A DNA stretch of 64,000 nucleotides from an uncultured Clostridia bacterium. GTDB lineage: Bacteria > Acidobacteriota > Aminicenantia > UBA2199. The stretch lies in NCBI GenBank assembly GCA_964633415.1, contig CAZWFY010000006.1:6099-70098 (forward strand). The letters are read 5' to 3'. The position numbers and the translations under genes were made by a program. Under the pieces are notes generated by a model. That model was given only the letters and a program-made list of their open reading frames with translations, ran no database searches and had not been told where the DNA came from. Shown piece by piece: positions 55,195-64,000 of this stretch; positions within the stretch are counted from its first letter, which is position 1, and each line of letters begins with the position of its first letter.

Positions 55195-56421
55195 ATGGAA
55201 AGCGGAAAATTTTTAAACAGAAAAAAGGATAAAAACAAAAACATAAAAAAGAATAAATCAAATATTACACTTATTGATAAAAAAGAGTTATTTTTATACA
55301 TTTCATTATTTATTCTTGTTATAATTTCAGCTTCATATTTTCTTTTTTTTCAGGATTCTTACGAATTGTATTCTTCTAAGAAACAGATGTTTGAAGTTGT
55401 AAAGAACATTAGAACACTTGAAAAACATATAAAATCCAATCAGGATGAAATAATAGATATTGTTAATAAATACAGAGAAAAAACCGGAAAATATATTAAC
55501 AGTTCGGAAATATTTGACCTTAACAGAGGTGAGGATCAACTTTTACAAGAGAGGATCAGAAGAGAACAGAATATTTCTATTAAGAACCTTCTCGGAGAAA
55601 TACTTGATAGAAAAAATGAAATAATAGATCTGAAAAATAAAGTAAAATATTTTGAGAATCTTCTTCCGAAACCCCATATAGTCGAAGAAGGTGAGAATCA
55701 TTTCGGAATTGCAATGGATTTTTTAATCAACAACAGAAAAATTGATAAAGAAACCGCATTGAAACTTGTGGAAAGAACACTTCTTTTCGATCCGCTTATT
55801 CCCGGATTTAAAGTTTGGAACTTTTACTCGAACGGAGAGTTCGGCAGTATTATCACTCAAGGTTTGGCATCTATCTCTCCAAATGAAATTAACAGGATTG
55901 AAAAGAAAAAGATAACTAATGAACGTGATATTGCAGTCAGTGAAAGAGATAAACTTGCAGAGGATTTAAAATTACTTTATCTTAAAAGAAAAGAGATAAT
56001 TAACCAGATTGGAAATCTTGAGAGTGAAAAATCATCTCTTATTGAAAGGGTAGGGGAACTATCCGATATCAACAAAAAAATCATCAAATCCGTTAACTCC
56101 GTATTTTATATCTGTCAAAAGAAGGCCGTATTAAAAAAAACAGGTTTTATTAAAGGAGGATTTTTTAAAAGATTAAAAATGCAGGAAATTCCTCCCGACC
56201 GGTTTTCAAAATCCATTGATCTCAGAGATGTGGATTATATTAAAATTGATAATTCCGAATTTTCACTTTTACAAATAAGAAAAATATCAATATTCCCAAG
56301 GTTTTATAAAAAAGGCTTGGATTTCACGGTAGAATTCAGAAAGAACAGAAGAGTCGGTTTTATACATTTTATTAAAAAGGAAAAATTTAAAAATGAAAGA
56401 ATATTAATTGCGGTTGAATAG
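55195..56421 (+). CDS. Hypothetical membrane-anchored coiled-coil protein.
   Basis: Basic N-terminus, a TM helix LFLYISLFILVIISASYFLFF, long coiled-coil segments and a possible LysM-like patch (HIVEEGENHFGIAMDFL). Confidence 0.5.
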   Translation: MESGKFLNRKKDKNKNIKKNKSNITLIDKKELFLYISLFILVIISASYFLFFQDSYELYSSKKQMFEVVKNIRTLEKHIKSNQDEIIDIVNKYREKTGKYINSSEIFDLNRGEDQLLQERIRREQNISIKNLLGEILDRKNEIIDLKNKVKYFENLLPKPHIVEEGENHFGIAMDFLINNRKIDKETALKLVERTLLFDPLIPGFKVWNFYSNGEFGSIITQGLASISPNEINRIEKKKITNERDIAVSERDKLAEDLKLLYLKRKEIINQIGNLESEKSSLIERVGELSDINKKIIKSVNSVFYICQKKAVLKKTGFIKGGFFKRLKMQEIPPDRFSKSIDLRDVDYIKIDNSEFSLLQIRKISIFPRFYKKGLDFTVEFRKNRRVGFIHFIKKEKFKNERILIAVE

Positions 56422-56494
56422 ACTCCATTCATAAGTCATATAGAAAAAAGCAACTTTATCTGTTATAATTATATTAATATTAAGGAGTCTTCAA

Positions 56495-57478
56495 ATGGTA
56501 ATATATATATATAAATTAATTTTCATTATAGGATTTGGTTTTATCGGGTATAATTATCCTCCGTTTCCCGGGACATCACATATTTTAGGTGCAGCTCTCG
56601 GAGCTGCTTTTGCAACAGGTCTGTCTTTAATTGCAATCAAGGTAAAAAGGACCGAGCTTAAATACCTTTGGGGTGTTACTGTAGGTGTTTTAGGAGGTGC
56701 TATTGTAGGATTTGTAATGCTTGAGCTGTTTAAAATAATAGCTCTGTCTTTTTCTGCATATATTTTCTTTAAATCTCTATTCCTTATCGGGTTTCCAATT
56801 ACCGGATTTTTTATCGGAACGCTTAAACCGAATCTTTTTTCACCTTTGAACATCAAAGAGTTTTTCAGGGGCAGCAGTGCTTTTACAGACTCTTTTTTAC
56901 TTGATACCAGTGCAATAATAGACGGAAGAATAATTCCGATAATACAATCAGGGTTTATTTCGGGAGAAATAATAATTTCACAGTTTGTTCTTGCAGAACT
57001 CCAAAATATCGCTGATTCAAATGATCCTAATAAGAAAATGAGAGGTAAAAGAGGGCTTGATGTTATTGAAAAACTTAAGAATACCGGAAATATCAGTTTA
57101 ACCATAATAAACAAGAATGTTCAGGGAGCTAAAGCGGTAGATCAGAAGTTAATTCTTCTTGCCAAAGATCAAAATTTCAAATTGATTACAAATGATATTA
57201 ATTTAAGTAAAATTGCAAAACTTCAGGATGTTCAAATATTGAATATAAATGAACTTGCATTTGCTCTCAAACCGATAGTTTTCCCGGGAGAACGAATGAA
57301 AGTTCAAATTGCCAAAGACGGTAAAGAGAAGAATCAGGGGATTGGATATCTTGAAGACGGAACAATGATCGTAGTTGATGATGCAAAATCCGATATCGGT
57401 CAGACTAAGGATATAGAAGTTACTTCCGTTCTTCAGACAACATCAGGCAAAATGATTTTCGGTAAAAAACTTTATTAA
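56495..57478 (+). CDS. yacL: PIN/TRAM-domain protein YacL.
   Basis: N-terminal TM helices, a PIN domain (FLLDTSAIIDGRI...FVLAELQNIADS) and a C-terminal TRAM barrel. It sits upstream of ispF, as in the Bacillus yacL-ispDF arrangement. Confidence 0.8.
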   Translation: MVIYIYKLIFIIGFGFIGYNYPPFPGTSHILGAALGAAFATGLSLIAIKVKRTELKYLWGVTVGVLGGAIVGFVMLELFKIIALSFSAYIFFKSLFLIGFPITGFFIGTLKPNLFSPLNIKEFFRGSSAFTDSFLLDTSAIIDGRIIPIIQSGFISGEIIISQFVLAELQNIADSNDPNKKMRGKRGLDVIEKLKNTGNISLTIINKNVQGAKAVDQKLILLAKDQNFKLITNDINLSKIAKLQDVQILNINELAFALKPIVFPGERMKVQIAKDGKEKNQGIGYLEDGTMIVVDDAKSDIGQTKDIEVTSVLQTTSGKMIFGKKLY

Positions 57479-57493
57479 ACAAGGAGAAAATCA

Positions 57494-57973
57494 GTGCTCA
57501 AAATCCGGTCGGGAATAGGATATGACATTCACTCTTTAAAACGTGGGAAAGGGCTATATATCGGTGGAATCAAGGTTTCAGACGAACTTACTTTTGTTGC
57601 GCATTCTGATGGTGATGTTTTGATTCACGCTCTTATCGATTCTCTTCTAGGAGCAATAGGTGAAGAAGATATAGGAGAAAAATTTCCCGATTCTGATGAA
57701 AAATATAAAGATATTTCATCAGTTAAATTGTTAAAAGAAGTCAACTCTTTGCTTAAAAAGAAAAATTTTGAGATCATCAATATAGATTCGGTAATTATTG
57801 CACAGAAACCTCCTCTATCTAAGTTTAAATCAAAAATAATAGAGAATATTTCTTCAATTTTAAATATATCTACCGATAGGTTTAATATGAAGGCAAAAAC
57901 CCGTGAAGGGCTCGGTGATATCGGAAGGGGAGAAGCTATCGAATGTTACTGCATCTGCATGGTTAGGAGTTAA
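57494..57973 (+). CDS. ispF: 2-C-methyl-D-erythritol 2,4-cyclodiphosphate synthase.
   Basis: IGYDIHSL...HSDGDVLIHALIDSLLGA signature. GTG start. Confidence 0.9.
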   Translation: MLKIRSGIGYDIHSLKRGKGLYIGGIKVSDELTFVAHSDGDVLIHALIDSLLGAIGEEDIGEKFPDSDEKYKDISSVKLLKEVNSLLKKKNFEIINIDSVIIAQKPPLSKFKSKIIENISSILNISTDRFNMKAKTREGLGDIGRGEAIECYCICMVRS

Positions 57974-57990
57974 ATGAGGGGTAACAAAAA

Positions 57991-59307
57991 ATGGCAAAGA
58001 TCCCATTGATAACAATCGCCGGTGTTCCTAATACAGGAAAATCGACTCTATTCAATCGAATTACAGGAAAAAGGAAAGCACTTGTCCACTCAATGCCCGG
58101 AATGACACGAGATATATATAAGGAAACGTTTAAAATAAATGAAAAATTCTTTTATATTCAGGATTCCGGAGGATTTTTCCCTGAAGATAATTATATTTCA
58201 AGTGAGATAAATAAAAGGGTAGTAGGGGAAACCGGCAGATCGGATCTTGTCATTTTTCTTTTTGACGGAAAAAGGGATCTGCTTGGATACGAAAAAGATC
58301 TTTTCCTCGATATAAAAAAATCAAATCCGAATATACTCGCCGTGGTTAACAAAATAGATAATCCTGAAAGATATATTTTACCTTCTTCTTACTACGCATT
58401 AAAAGTTGATTTTATATTTATTTCGGCAGAGCATAACCTAAATGTTGAAAAGATAGAAGATCATATTTCGGAATTTTTCAAAGAGTATTTAAACGGAGAT
58501 TCAACGGAAATAGTTGAAAAAGCTTTAATGAAATTAAGCTTTATGGGAAAACCTAACGTAGGAAAATCTTCAATAATAAATAAACTTATAAATGACGAAA
58601 AAGCCGTTGTATCACCGATCCCCGGAACAACAAGGGATTCGGTTGACTTTCTAATCAAATCTCATGGAAACAGCTTTATTTTAACTGATAATGCAGGGAT
58701 ACGAAAATTAAAAAAAGTTAAAGAAAGTACTGAAAGTGCTGCTGTGATCAGAGCCGAAAAAGATCTTATTAATGCCGATATAATTATATTTATCGTGGAT
58801 TCTTCTAAAAAAATGGATCAAAATGATTTTCTTCTTGCAAAAAAAATAGGTAAAGCTTTTAAACCCGTAATTATCGTATGTAACAAATGGGATCTGATCA
58901 AGGAAAAAACAGATGCAAAAAAGTTGATGCAAAAAATCCGAAGTAGATTTCACTATTTATATTTTTCTCCCGTTCTAATAACTTCCGCACTGGAGGGAAA
59001 AAATATTCGGGAAATTATTCATACTTCCGAGGAAATCTATAAACAGCTTAACCGAAAATTCAAGACTTCAGACCTGATTAAAACAGTTCGTTCTATTTTG
59101 TCGGAAAGAAAGTTTTTATCTCAGTCCGGAGAAATATTTAACCCGAAATTCATTTCCATAGAGTCATATAGACCTTTTTTCATTAAATTTTTTTCAGGGA
59201 AAGGTTCTCGTATTAAAATGTCCGATGAAAAATATTTAAAAAAAAGGATCTTAGAAGAGTTAGGTCTTTTGGGAATCCCAATATTCTTTAAAGTTCTCCC
59301 CAAATGA
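57991..59307 (+). CDS. der: Ribosome-biogenesis GTPase Der (EngA).
   Basis: Two tandem G domains (GVPNTGKSTLFN and GKPNVGKSSIIN, plus NKIDN and NKWD) and a KH-like C-terminus. Confidence 0.9.
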   Translation: MAKIPLITIAGVPNTGKSTLFNRITGKRKALVHSMPGMTRDIYKETFKINEKFFYIQDSGGFFPEDNYISSEINKRVVGETGRSDLVIFLFDGKRDLLGYEKDLFLDIKKSNPNILAVVNKIDNPERYILPSSYYALKVDFIFISAEHNLNVEKIEDHISEFFKEYLNGDSTEIVEKALMKLSFMGKPNVGKSSIINKLINDEKAVVSPIPGTTRDSVDFLIKSHGNSFILTDNAGIRKLKKVKESTESAAVIRAEKDLINADIIIFIVDSSKKMDQNDFLLAKKIGKAFKPVIIVCNKWDLIKEKTDAKKLMQKIRSRFHYLYFSPVLITSALEGKNIREIIHTSEEIYKQLNRKFKTSDLIKTVRSILSERKFLSQSGEIFNPKFISIESYRPFFIKFFSGKGSRIKMSDEKYLKKRILEELGLLGIPIFFKVLPK

Positions 59308-59894
59308 AACAATCTTTAAAAATGGTTATATTTGATATGGATGGAACCATTTTCAAGAGTAATATTGATTGGAGAGAAGTTAAGAAAAAATTGGATATTT
59401 CAATCGGCAAGACTATACTTGAAGATATTATGTCTGAAAGCACCTATAATAAAGAGAAAATAGGAATTCTCGAGAGAATTGAGAGGAAGAATACTTTGGA
59501 AACCTCTCCTTTTAATGGTTTTTCAAAGTTGTTTGCCGGATTAAAAAAAAAATATATTAAAACAGCCTTGATCACAAACAACAACTTATCAAACTCAAAC
59601 TATCTTTTAAATAAGTTTTCTCTTGATTTTGATATCGTGGTTACAAGAGAAATGAAAATGTGGAAACCGCGTCCGGACGCTATGAAATATGTTTTTGAAA
59701 AATTGAATATCAGTCCCAAAAATACTATCTCTATCGGAGACAGCGATTTTGACATAATATCATCAATAGAGTCCGGAATAGGGAAAATATATATAAAAAG
59801 GAAAGGAATACGGGGAATCATCGAAGAGAACGGAATATTCTATTTTAACAATTATAATGATCTTTATGAATCTCTATTAATTGCTCTTAATTAA
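59304..59894 (+). CDS. HAD-superfamily hydrolase.
   Basis: VIFDMDGTIF motif I and a later GDSDFD motif IV. Confidence 0.75.
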   Translation: MKQSLKMVIFDMDGTIFKSNIDWREVKKKLDISIGKTILEDIMSESTYNKEKIGILERIERKNTLETSPFNGFSKLFAGLKKKYIKTALITNNNLSNSNYLLNKFSLDFDIVVTREMKMWKPRPDAMKYVFEKLNISPKNTISIGDSDFDIISSIESGIGKIYIKRKGIRGIIEENGIFYFNNYNDLYESLLIALN

Positions 59895-59903
59895 TTGTCT
59901 AAA

Positions 59904-59923
59904 AATGTCGACATGTCGACATT
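59904..59923. repeat. Perfect 20-bp palindrome AATGTCGACATGTCGACATT (tandem overlapping GTCGAC dyads).
   Basis: The sequence is its own reverse complement. It sits 15 nt upstream of the predicted parAB -35 element. Confidence 0.8.
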
Positions 59924-59937
59924 GATCTGAATTTATC

Positions 59938-59966
59938 TTGACAATTATAAAAAAATCTCATACTAT
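59938..59966 (+). promoter_or_regulatory. Candidate promoter TTGACA-17-TACTAT for parAB.
   Basis: TTGACA at 59938-59943 and TACTAT at 59961-59966. RBS AGGAGA and a TTG start follow at 60006. Confidence 0.4.
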
Positions 59967-60005
59967 TAAATCAACACTATATAGTATTTTTGTCAGGAGA
60001 TTATA

Positions 60006-60758
60006 TTGATTATTACCATTGCTAATCAGAAAGGAGGGGTTGGAAAAACAACAACTTCCATTAATTTGGCTGCTGCTTTTGCATTTATGGGGCATAAAAC
60101 ACTTTTAATTGATATGGATCCCCAAGCCAACTCAACAGTGTCATTTATAAATTCTCATGATGTTTCACTATCTTCTTATGATTTTCTTGAGGATGATAAA
60201 TTAGATTATAAAGAAGTTGTCAGAGATTCCGGAATTATTAATCTCTCGATTATTCCCGCTTCAATATCGCTTGCAAAGCTTGAATCAAAGCTGATAGGGG
60301 AGATAGACAGCCATTTTCGTCTTAAAGATAAGATTGAGAGGATTCGCTATAACTTTGATTTTATAATAATCGATACTCCACCGACATTGGGTTTAATAAC
60401 GATAAACTCTCTTGTAGCTGCTTCACATCTGATAATTCCGATCCAATCATCATATTATGCACTTGAGGGAACTGATGATCTTCTTGAAACTTTTGAAAAA
60501 GTAAGAATGAGAAGTAATCCTAATCTTGAACTGCTCGGAGTTCTCGTCACTATGTTTGATAAGAGAATGGTGATAGCAAAGGACAGTCTCGCACACATCA
60601 AGAAACTTTTCGGAAATAAAGTTTTCAAGACTGTTATTTCTAAGAATGTAAGACTTGAGGAGAGTCCGGCGTATAAAGAATCAATTTTTACCTTTGCACC
60701 TAATTCAAAAGGTGCTTCGGATTATAAAAAATTAGCGGAGGAAGTATTAAAGATATGA
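60006..60758 (+). CDS. parA: Chromosome-partitioning ATPase ParA/Soj.
   Basis: Deviant Walker A ANQKGGVGKTTTSINLA, 250 aa, TTG start. Confidence 0.9.
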   Translation: MIITIANQKGGVGKTTTSINLAAAFAFMGHKTLLIDMDPQANSTVSFINSHDVSLSSYDFLEDDKLDYKEVVRDSGIINLSIIPASISLAKLESKLIGEIDSHFRLKDKIERIRYNFDFIIIDTPPTLGLITINSLVAASHLIIPIQSSYYALEGTDDLLETFEKVRMRSNPNLELLGVLVTMFDKRMVIAKDSLAHIKKLFGNKVFKTVISKNVRLEESPAYKESIFTFAPNSKGASDYKKLAEEVLKI

Positions 60759-61633
60759 CAAGAAAAGTAGGCCTTCCGGAATTTGTAAAGTCCCGATATG
60801 ACAACCATTTTGTTGATGAAATCTCAGCAAGAACAAAAACTTCAATAATAAGAAAAATACCTCTATCCCGAATAGTTCCTAATCTGTTACAACCGAGGAA
60901 AAATTTTAATGACCTAAATGAACTTTCCGACTCAATAAAAGAGAAAGGGATATTGGAACCACTATTAGTAAGACCTAAAGAGGGAAATTTTGAAATAATT
61001 GCCGGAGAAAGAAGATATAGAGCTGCTAAAATTGCAGGTTTAACAGAAGTTCCATGTATAGAGTATGATGTTCCTGATAATGAAGCTTTGGAAATATCAA
61101 TAATTGAGAATATACAGAGAAAAGATCTGGATGTATTTGAAAAAGCATACTCTTTAAAATCACTTTCAGAAATTTATGGATATACTCATGAAGATATAGC
61201 AAAAAACTTAGGAAAATCAAGGGTAACGATCTCTGAATTAATAAAAATTACAGAGTTACCGGAAGATATAGTGGATATGTGCAGAGAGGCAAAAATAGAA
61301 TCTAAATCTTTCCTTTTGCAAATGGTTAAATTAAAAGACCATGACGAAATGATAAAAATTGTTGCAGAGTATAAAAAAAATCCTTTTTCGAGAGAGGAAG
61401 TTAAAGCTCTTAGAAATAAAATAGCTTCCGGAGATAAAAAAGCTGTTGGTAATTCAGAAAAAACAGTTAAACCGATTAAATTCAAATTTGTATCTGAAGA
61501 TAAAAACATTAGAATTGATTTCAAAATAAAGAAAACAGATGATAAACACAGTAATATTGACTCTATATTAAAAATGTTGGAAAAACTTATAGAGGATATA
61601 AAAGTAGGAAATATTAAAGATCTCGATATTTAA
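60755..61633 (+). CDS. parB: Chromosome-partitioning protein ParB/Spo0J.
   Basis: ParB box LLQPRKNF...ILEPLLVRP...EIIAGERRYRAAKIAGL and an HTH region. The start overlaps the parA stop. Confidence 0.9.
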   Translation: MTRKVGLPEFVKSRYDNHFVDEISARTKTSIIRKIPLSRIVPNLLQPRKNFNDLNELSDSIKEKGILEPLLVRPKEGNFEIIAGERRYRAAKIAGLTEVPCIEYDVPDNEALEISIIENIQRKDLDVFEKAYSLKSLSEIYGYTHEDIAKNLGKSRVTISELIKITELPEDIVDMCREAKIESKSFLLQMVKLKDHDEMIKIVAEYKKNPFSREEVKALRNKIASGDKKAVGNSEKTVKPIKFKFVSEDKNIRIDFKIKKTDDKHSNIDSILKMLEKLIEDIKVGNIKDLDI

Positions 61634-61736
61634 AGTCATTGTATGTCAAAGTTTACATAATATATCTTATCCGAACCTGTAAATACATTTTCTTAACACT
61701 TTCCTTACCATTAATTCTTAATTTTTTCCTTTTCTC

Positions 61737-62696
61737 TTATTTAACTATAAAATCTTTGGGATCTTTCATGATTTGCTCTGCACTGTAAGCATTTAAAAAG
61801 AAATAATATTTACTTTCAGATGTTATTGCAGGATATTCTCCCTTATCTTTCTCTTTCCTTTTAAATATTTTTACGCTGAATGTTTTCCCCGGTGTAATCA
61901 ACTCAACGGAATATATAGGGTTTTCCAATTTAAGATCATTTTTATCCTTATCATAAATAAATGAAGAGCAGTCTAATGATACAAATCTGTTCAACAATGA
62001 TTCTAATTTAGCCTTATCAAGTTTTTTATTATCTAATTTCCAACTGACTTCAACACTCTCTTTTTTATCTTTTGATTTTGCATCTATTTTGCTGTTAATC
62101 TCTTTTTTTATAAGATATTCATCGTTCCCTTTAACTATTTTTATAGATGTTATGTCATTTTTATTTACGGATAAAATCGTTTTATCACGCATATCATCAA
62201 TAGATTTGCTGAAATCATCTTTTATAGAGCCCTCCGCCTGATAAACATTAGGATCTTTAGCGAGTTTTACAAATGTGTGATCATATGTTGAAGCAACCTT
62301 TCCTATCAAAAATTCACGCATTGAAGTGTTACCGGAAAAAGCTTTAACATCAATTTTATTTGATCCGTCAAGCTCATAAAGATTATAATTTTTTCTCTGC
62401 GAAACCAGAGTAACAATATTAAGTTCGGAGATATCCTTTATGATCTTATCTACACTATCTTTATCAGCTTTATAATTTTCATCCCCTACTCTCCATTCTT
62501 CACCCTCTTTTTTCAATATTATGGAATTTTCACTGTTTTTAATAACAATTTTATCAATTTTTGAAATTTTCAACGGTTTTAATTGAGGTAATTTATAATT
62601 TATACGGTTATTCTGTCTGAATATAAGATAGAACAATGAAAAAACAACAACAAGAATCAATATTATATATTCGGTTTTAAATTTTTTATTACTCAT
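61737..62696 (-). CDS. DUF4340-like membrane-anchored protein (companion of the GldG-type ABC auxiliary protein).
   Basis: Start at MSNKKF (62696, RBS GAGAGG), which is 1 nt after the upstream stop. N-terminal TM helix then a beta-rich domain. The longer ORF-track start would overlap the upstream gene. Confidence 0.55.
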   Translation of the reverse strand: MSNKKFKTEYIILILVVVFSLFYLIFRQNNRINYKLPQLKPLKISKIDKIVIKNSENSIILKKEGEEWRVGDENYKADKDSVDKIIKDISELNIVTLVSQRKNYNLYELDGSNKIDVKAFSGNTSMREFLIGKVASTYDHTFVKLAKDPNVYQAEGSIKDDFSKSIDDMRDKTILSVNKNDITSIKIVKGNDEYLIKKEINSKIDAKSKDKKESVEVSWKLDNKKLDKAKLESLLNRFVSLDCSSFIYDKDKNDLKLENPIYSVELITPGKTFSVKIFKRKEKDKGEYPAITSESKYYFFLNAYSAEQIMKDPKDFIVK

Positions 62697-62697
62697 T

Positions 62698-64000
62698 TTA
62701 TACCTCTCTATTTGCCTTCTTAAATATTGCCTGTATCGTTTTCCTTCTCTTTTTTCTTCTGAACAATACAAATACACCAAAAAGAATCCAAAGAGCCGGT
62801 AAACCGGCAATATTTAGCATTTTAACAAAAGATTTTACAAATGAAGAGTTCTCCTTAAGAGGATTGAACCTCTGCTTTTTACCTCTTAATTTTGCAATAT
62901 TTTCACGGTTATTGAGAGAGTCCATCAAATTCAGGAAAAACAGAGCATTAACCGACCTTCCCTCTTCATCTATAAGATTGTTCTTTAATAATTCCGAAGA
63001 AGCCGTTACGAATATCTTGCCGCCCCTACTTCTTGTAATAATATCTTTACCGCTGCTTATTTCGCTTCTCCGAGTGACCTTAGCACTATTTTCCATTGAT
63101 ATCTTATCTTTGGAATTTTCTTTTTTATCATCGTTTTTTTTCTTCTCAACCGGTTTTTCAGGAATATCTTTTCCTGCAAAATAGCTGTTGAAATTTCCGT
63201 TCAACAGATAAGCCAAAGGATAGCTTTTTTCATCTTTTCCGGCTGCAGGAGGTTTTATCATATATGGAAGCAGTGTAATTCTTCCTTTCATTTCCCATGC
63301 TTTGTCGGATGAAGAAAAGAGTTTTAAAGCCTTAATATTATCTTTCTTAATAACCGTATCAAGCAGTTGTAACGGTGATATCTTTATTACAACAAGTTGT
63401 TTAACCCCCCGCATAAAATCTTTAGAATGATCAATATATTCATCTTTGATAACAGGAGCAAAATAGATAGGCATTTCATTGTTATTTCTGTCTCTGTTTA
63501 TATAGCAGCTCTCATCCATAAGGTATGAACTGTTAATGGTAATACCGTAACTTTTCAATAGTTTTTCAATTCCTGTCTTAAGAGGAAGATAGACAGGCTG
63601 CTGATTATAACCGAACATCTGCTGTCTGTTATTTCTGCGTATTTCCCTGAATGAATCCATAAAAAATGCAACCGATTTCCCCTTCATTAAAAACTGATCG
63701 ATCTGAAACAACTCATAATCGGAAAAATTTTCTTTCGGACCCGCAATTATTAAAGTATCAATAGAATCCGGAATCGGATCTTTTTTCAGATCAATTTCTT
63801 TAACATTATAATTCTCCTGCAAAAGTCGGTATAAGTTCGATATGGGAGCTTCCTGTTGATTATTCATCATCTGCATCTGAGGAGGAAGATTGTTTTTTAT
63901 CTTCAATGTTCCGTGTGAAGAGAGATAACCTATATCCTCGTTTATATTTATCAAATTTTCAATATTGTCGCTGATGAAAGATTCAATGGCTTTATTATCA
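62698..64000 (-). CDS. GldG-like ABC-transporter auxiliary protein, 5'-truncated by the window end.
   Basis: The frame is open to position 64000 with no upstream stop. The C-terminal TM anchor is LPALWILFGVFVLFRRKKRRK. The annotated TTG at 63954 is probably internal. Confidence 0.6.
   Translation of the reverse strand, partial: DNKAIESFISDNIENLININEDIGYLSSHGTLKIKNNLPPQMQMMNNQQEAPISNLYRLLQENYNVKEIDLKKDPIPDSIDTLIIAGPKENFSDYELFQIDQFLMKGKSVAFFMDSFREIRRNNRQQMFGYNQQPVYLPLKTGIEKLLKSYGITINSSYLMDESCYINRDRNNNEMPIYFAPVIKDEYIDHSKDFMRGVKQLVVIKISPLQLLDTVIKKDNIKALKLFSSSDKAWEMKGRITLLPYMIKPPAAGKDEKSYPLAYLLNGNFNSYFAGKDIPEKPVEKKKNDDKKENSKDKISMENSAKVTRRSEISSGKDIITRSRGGKIFVTASSELLKNNLIDEEGRSVNALFFLNLMDSLNNRENIAKLRGKKQRFNPLKENSSFVKSFVKMLNIAGLPALWILFGVFVLFRRKKRRKTIQAIFKKANREV

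Overview
This is a low-GC (about one-third G+C), densely packed chromosomal segment with housekeeping and envelope genes on both strands. It has no transposases, integrases, CRISPR arrays or reverse transcriptases, so it reads as core genome of an uncultivated-type anaerobe. The gene content (T9SS-like tail, GldG/DUF4340, TonB systems, H+/Na+-PPase, cytochrome bd) suggests an FCB-group lineage, but that is only a guess.

Recognisable content:
- RNA genes and riboswitch: six tRNAs (Cys and Gly on the minus strand and Asn on the plus strand at 2.25-2.6 kb; Leu at 28.0 kb; Gln and Glu behind a consensus promoter at 50.4 kb); a cobalamin riboswitch on the minus strand in front of a TonB-dependent receptor plus a BtuF-like binding protein.
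- Housekeeping: queCDE, ackA, folC, metG, rlpA, cydAB, a cold-shock protein, hppA, purC-cvpA, groEL without an adjacent groES, tatAC, yacL-ispF, der, parAB, an M16 peptidase pair and mltA.

Candidates for new biology:
1. A five-gene minus-strand operon (51.8-55.0 kb): a MerR-family regulator with a nine-cysteine C-terminal domain, translationally coupled to a sulfide:quinone oxidoreductase, followed by a DUF1641-like protein, a DsrC/TusE-like protein ending in GCV, and a DsrE2-like protein. This looks like a sulfide-sensing persulfide-relay module with an undescribed type of regulator.
2. A 1058-aa protein with a pseudo-receiver domain (no phospho-acceptor Asp), an intact Hanks Ser/Thr kinase, a TM helix, a periplasmic K/E-rich coiled coil and a TonB C-terminal domain.
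3. A tight three-gene operon: an EF-G paralogue with degenerate GTPase motifs (DTPGH to DTPGY, NKxD to NKMS), an MBL-fold hydrolase, and a LolD/FtsE-type ABC ATPase with no permease.
4. A perfect 20-bp palindrome immediately upstream of the parAB promoter.

All calls come from reading translated ORFs and motifs by eye. No database searches or computations were run.
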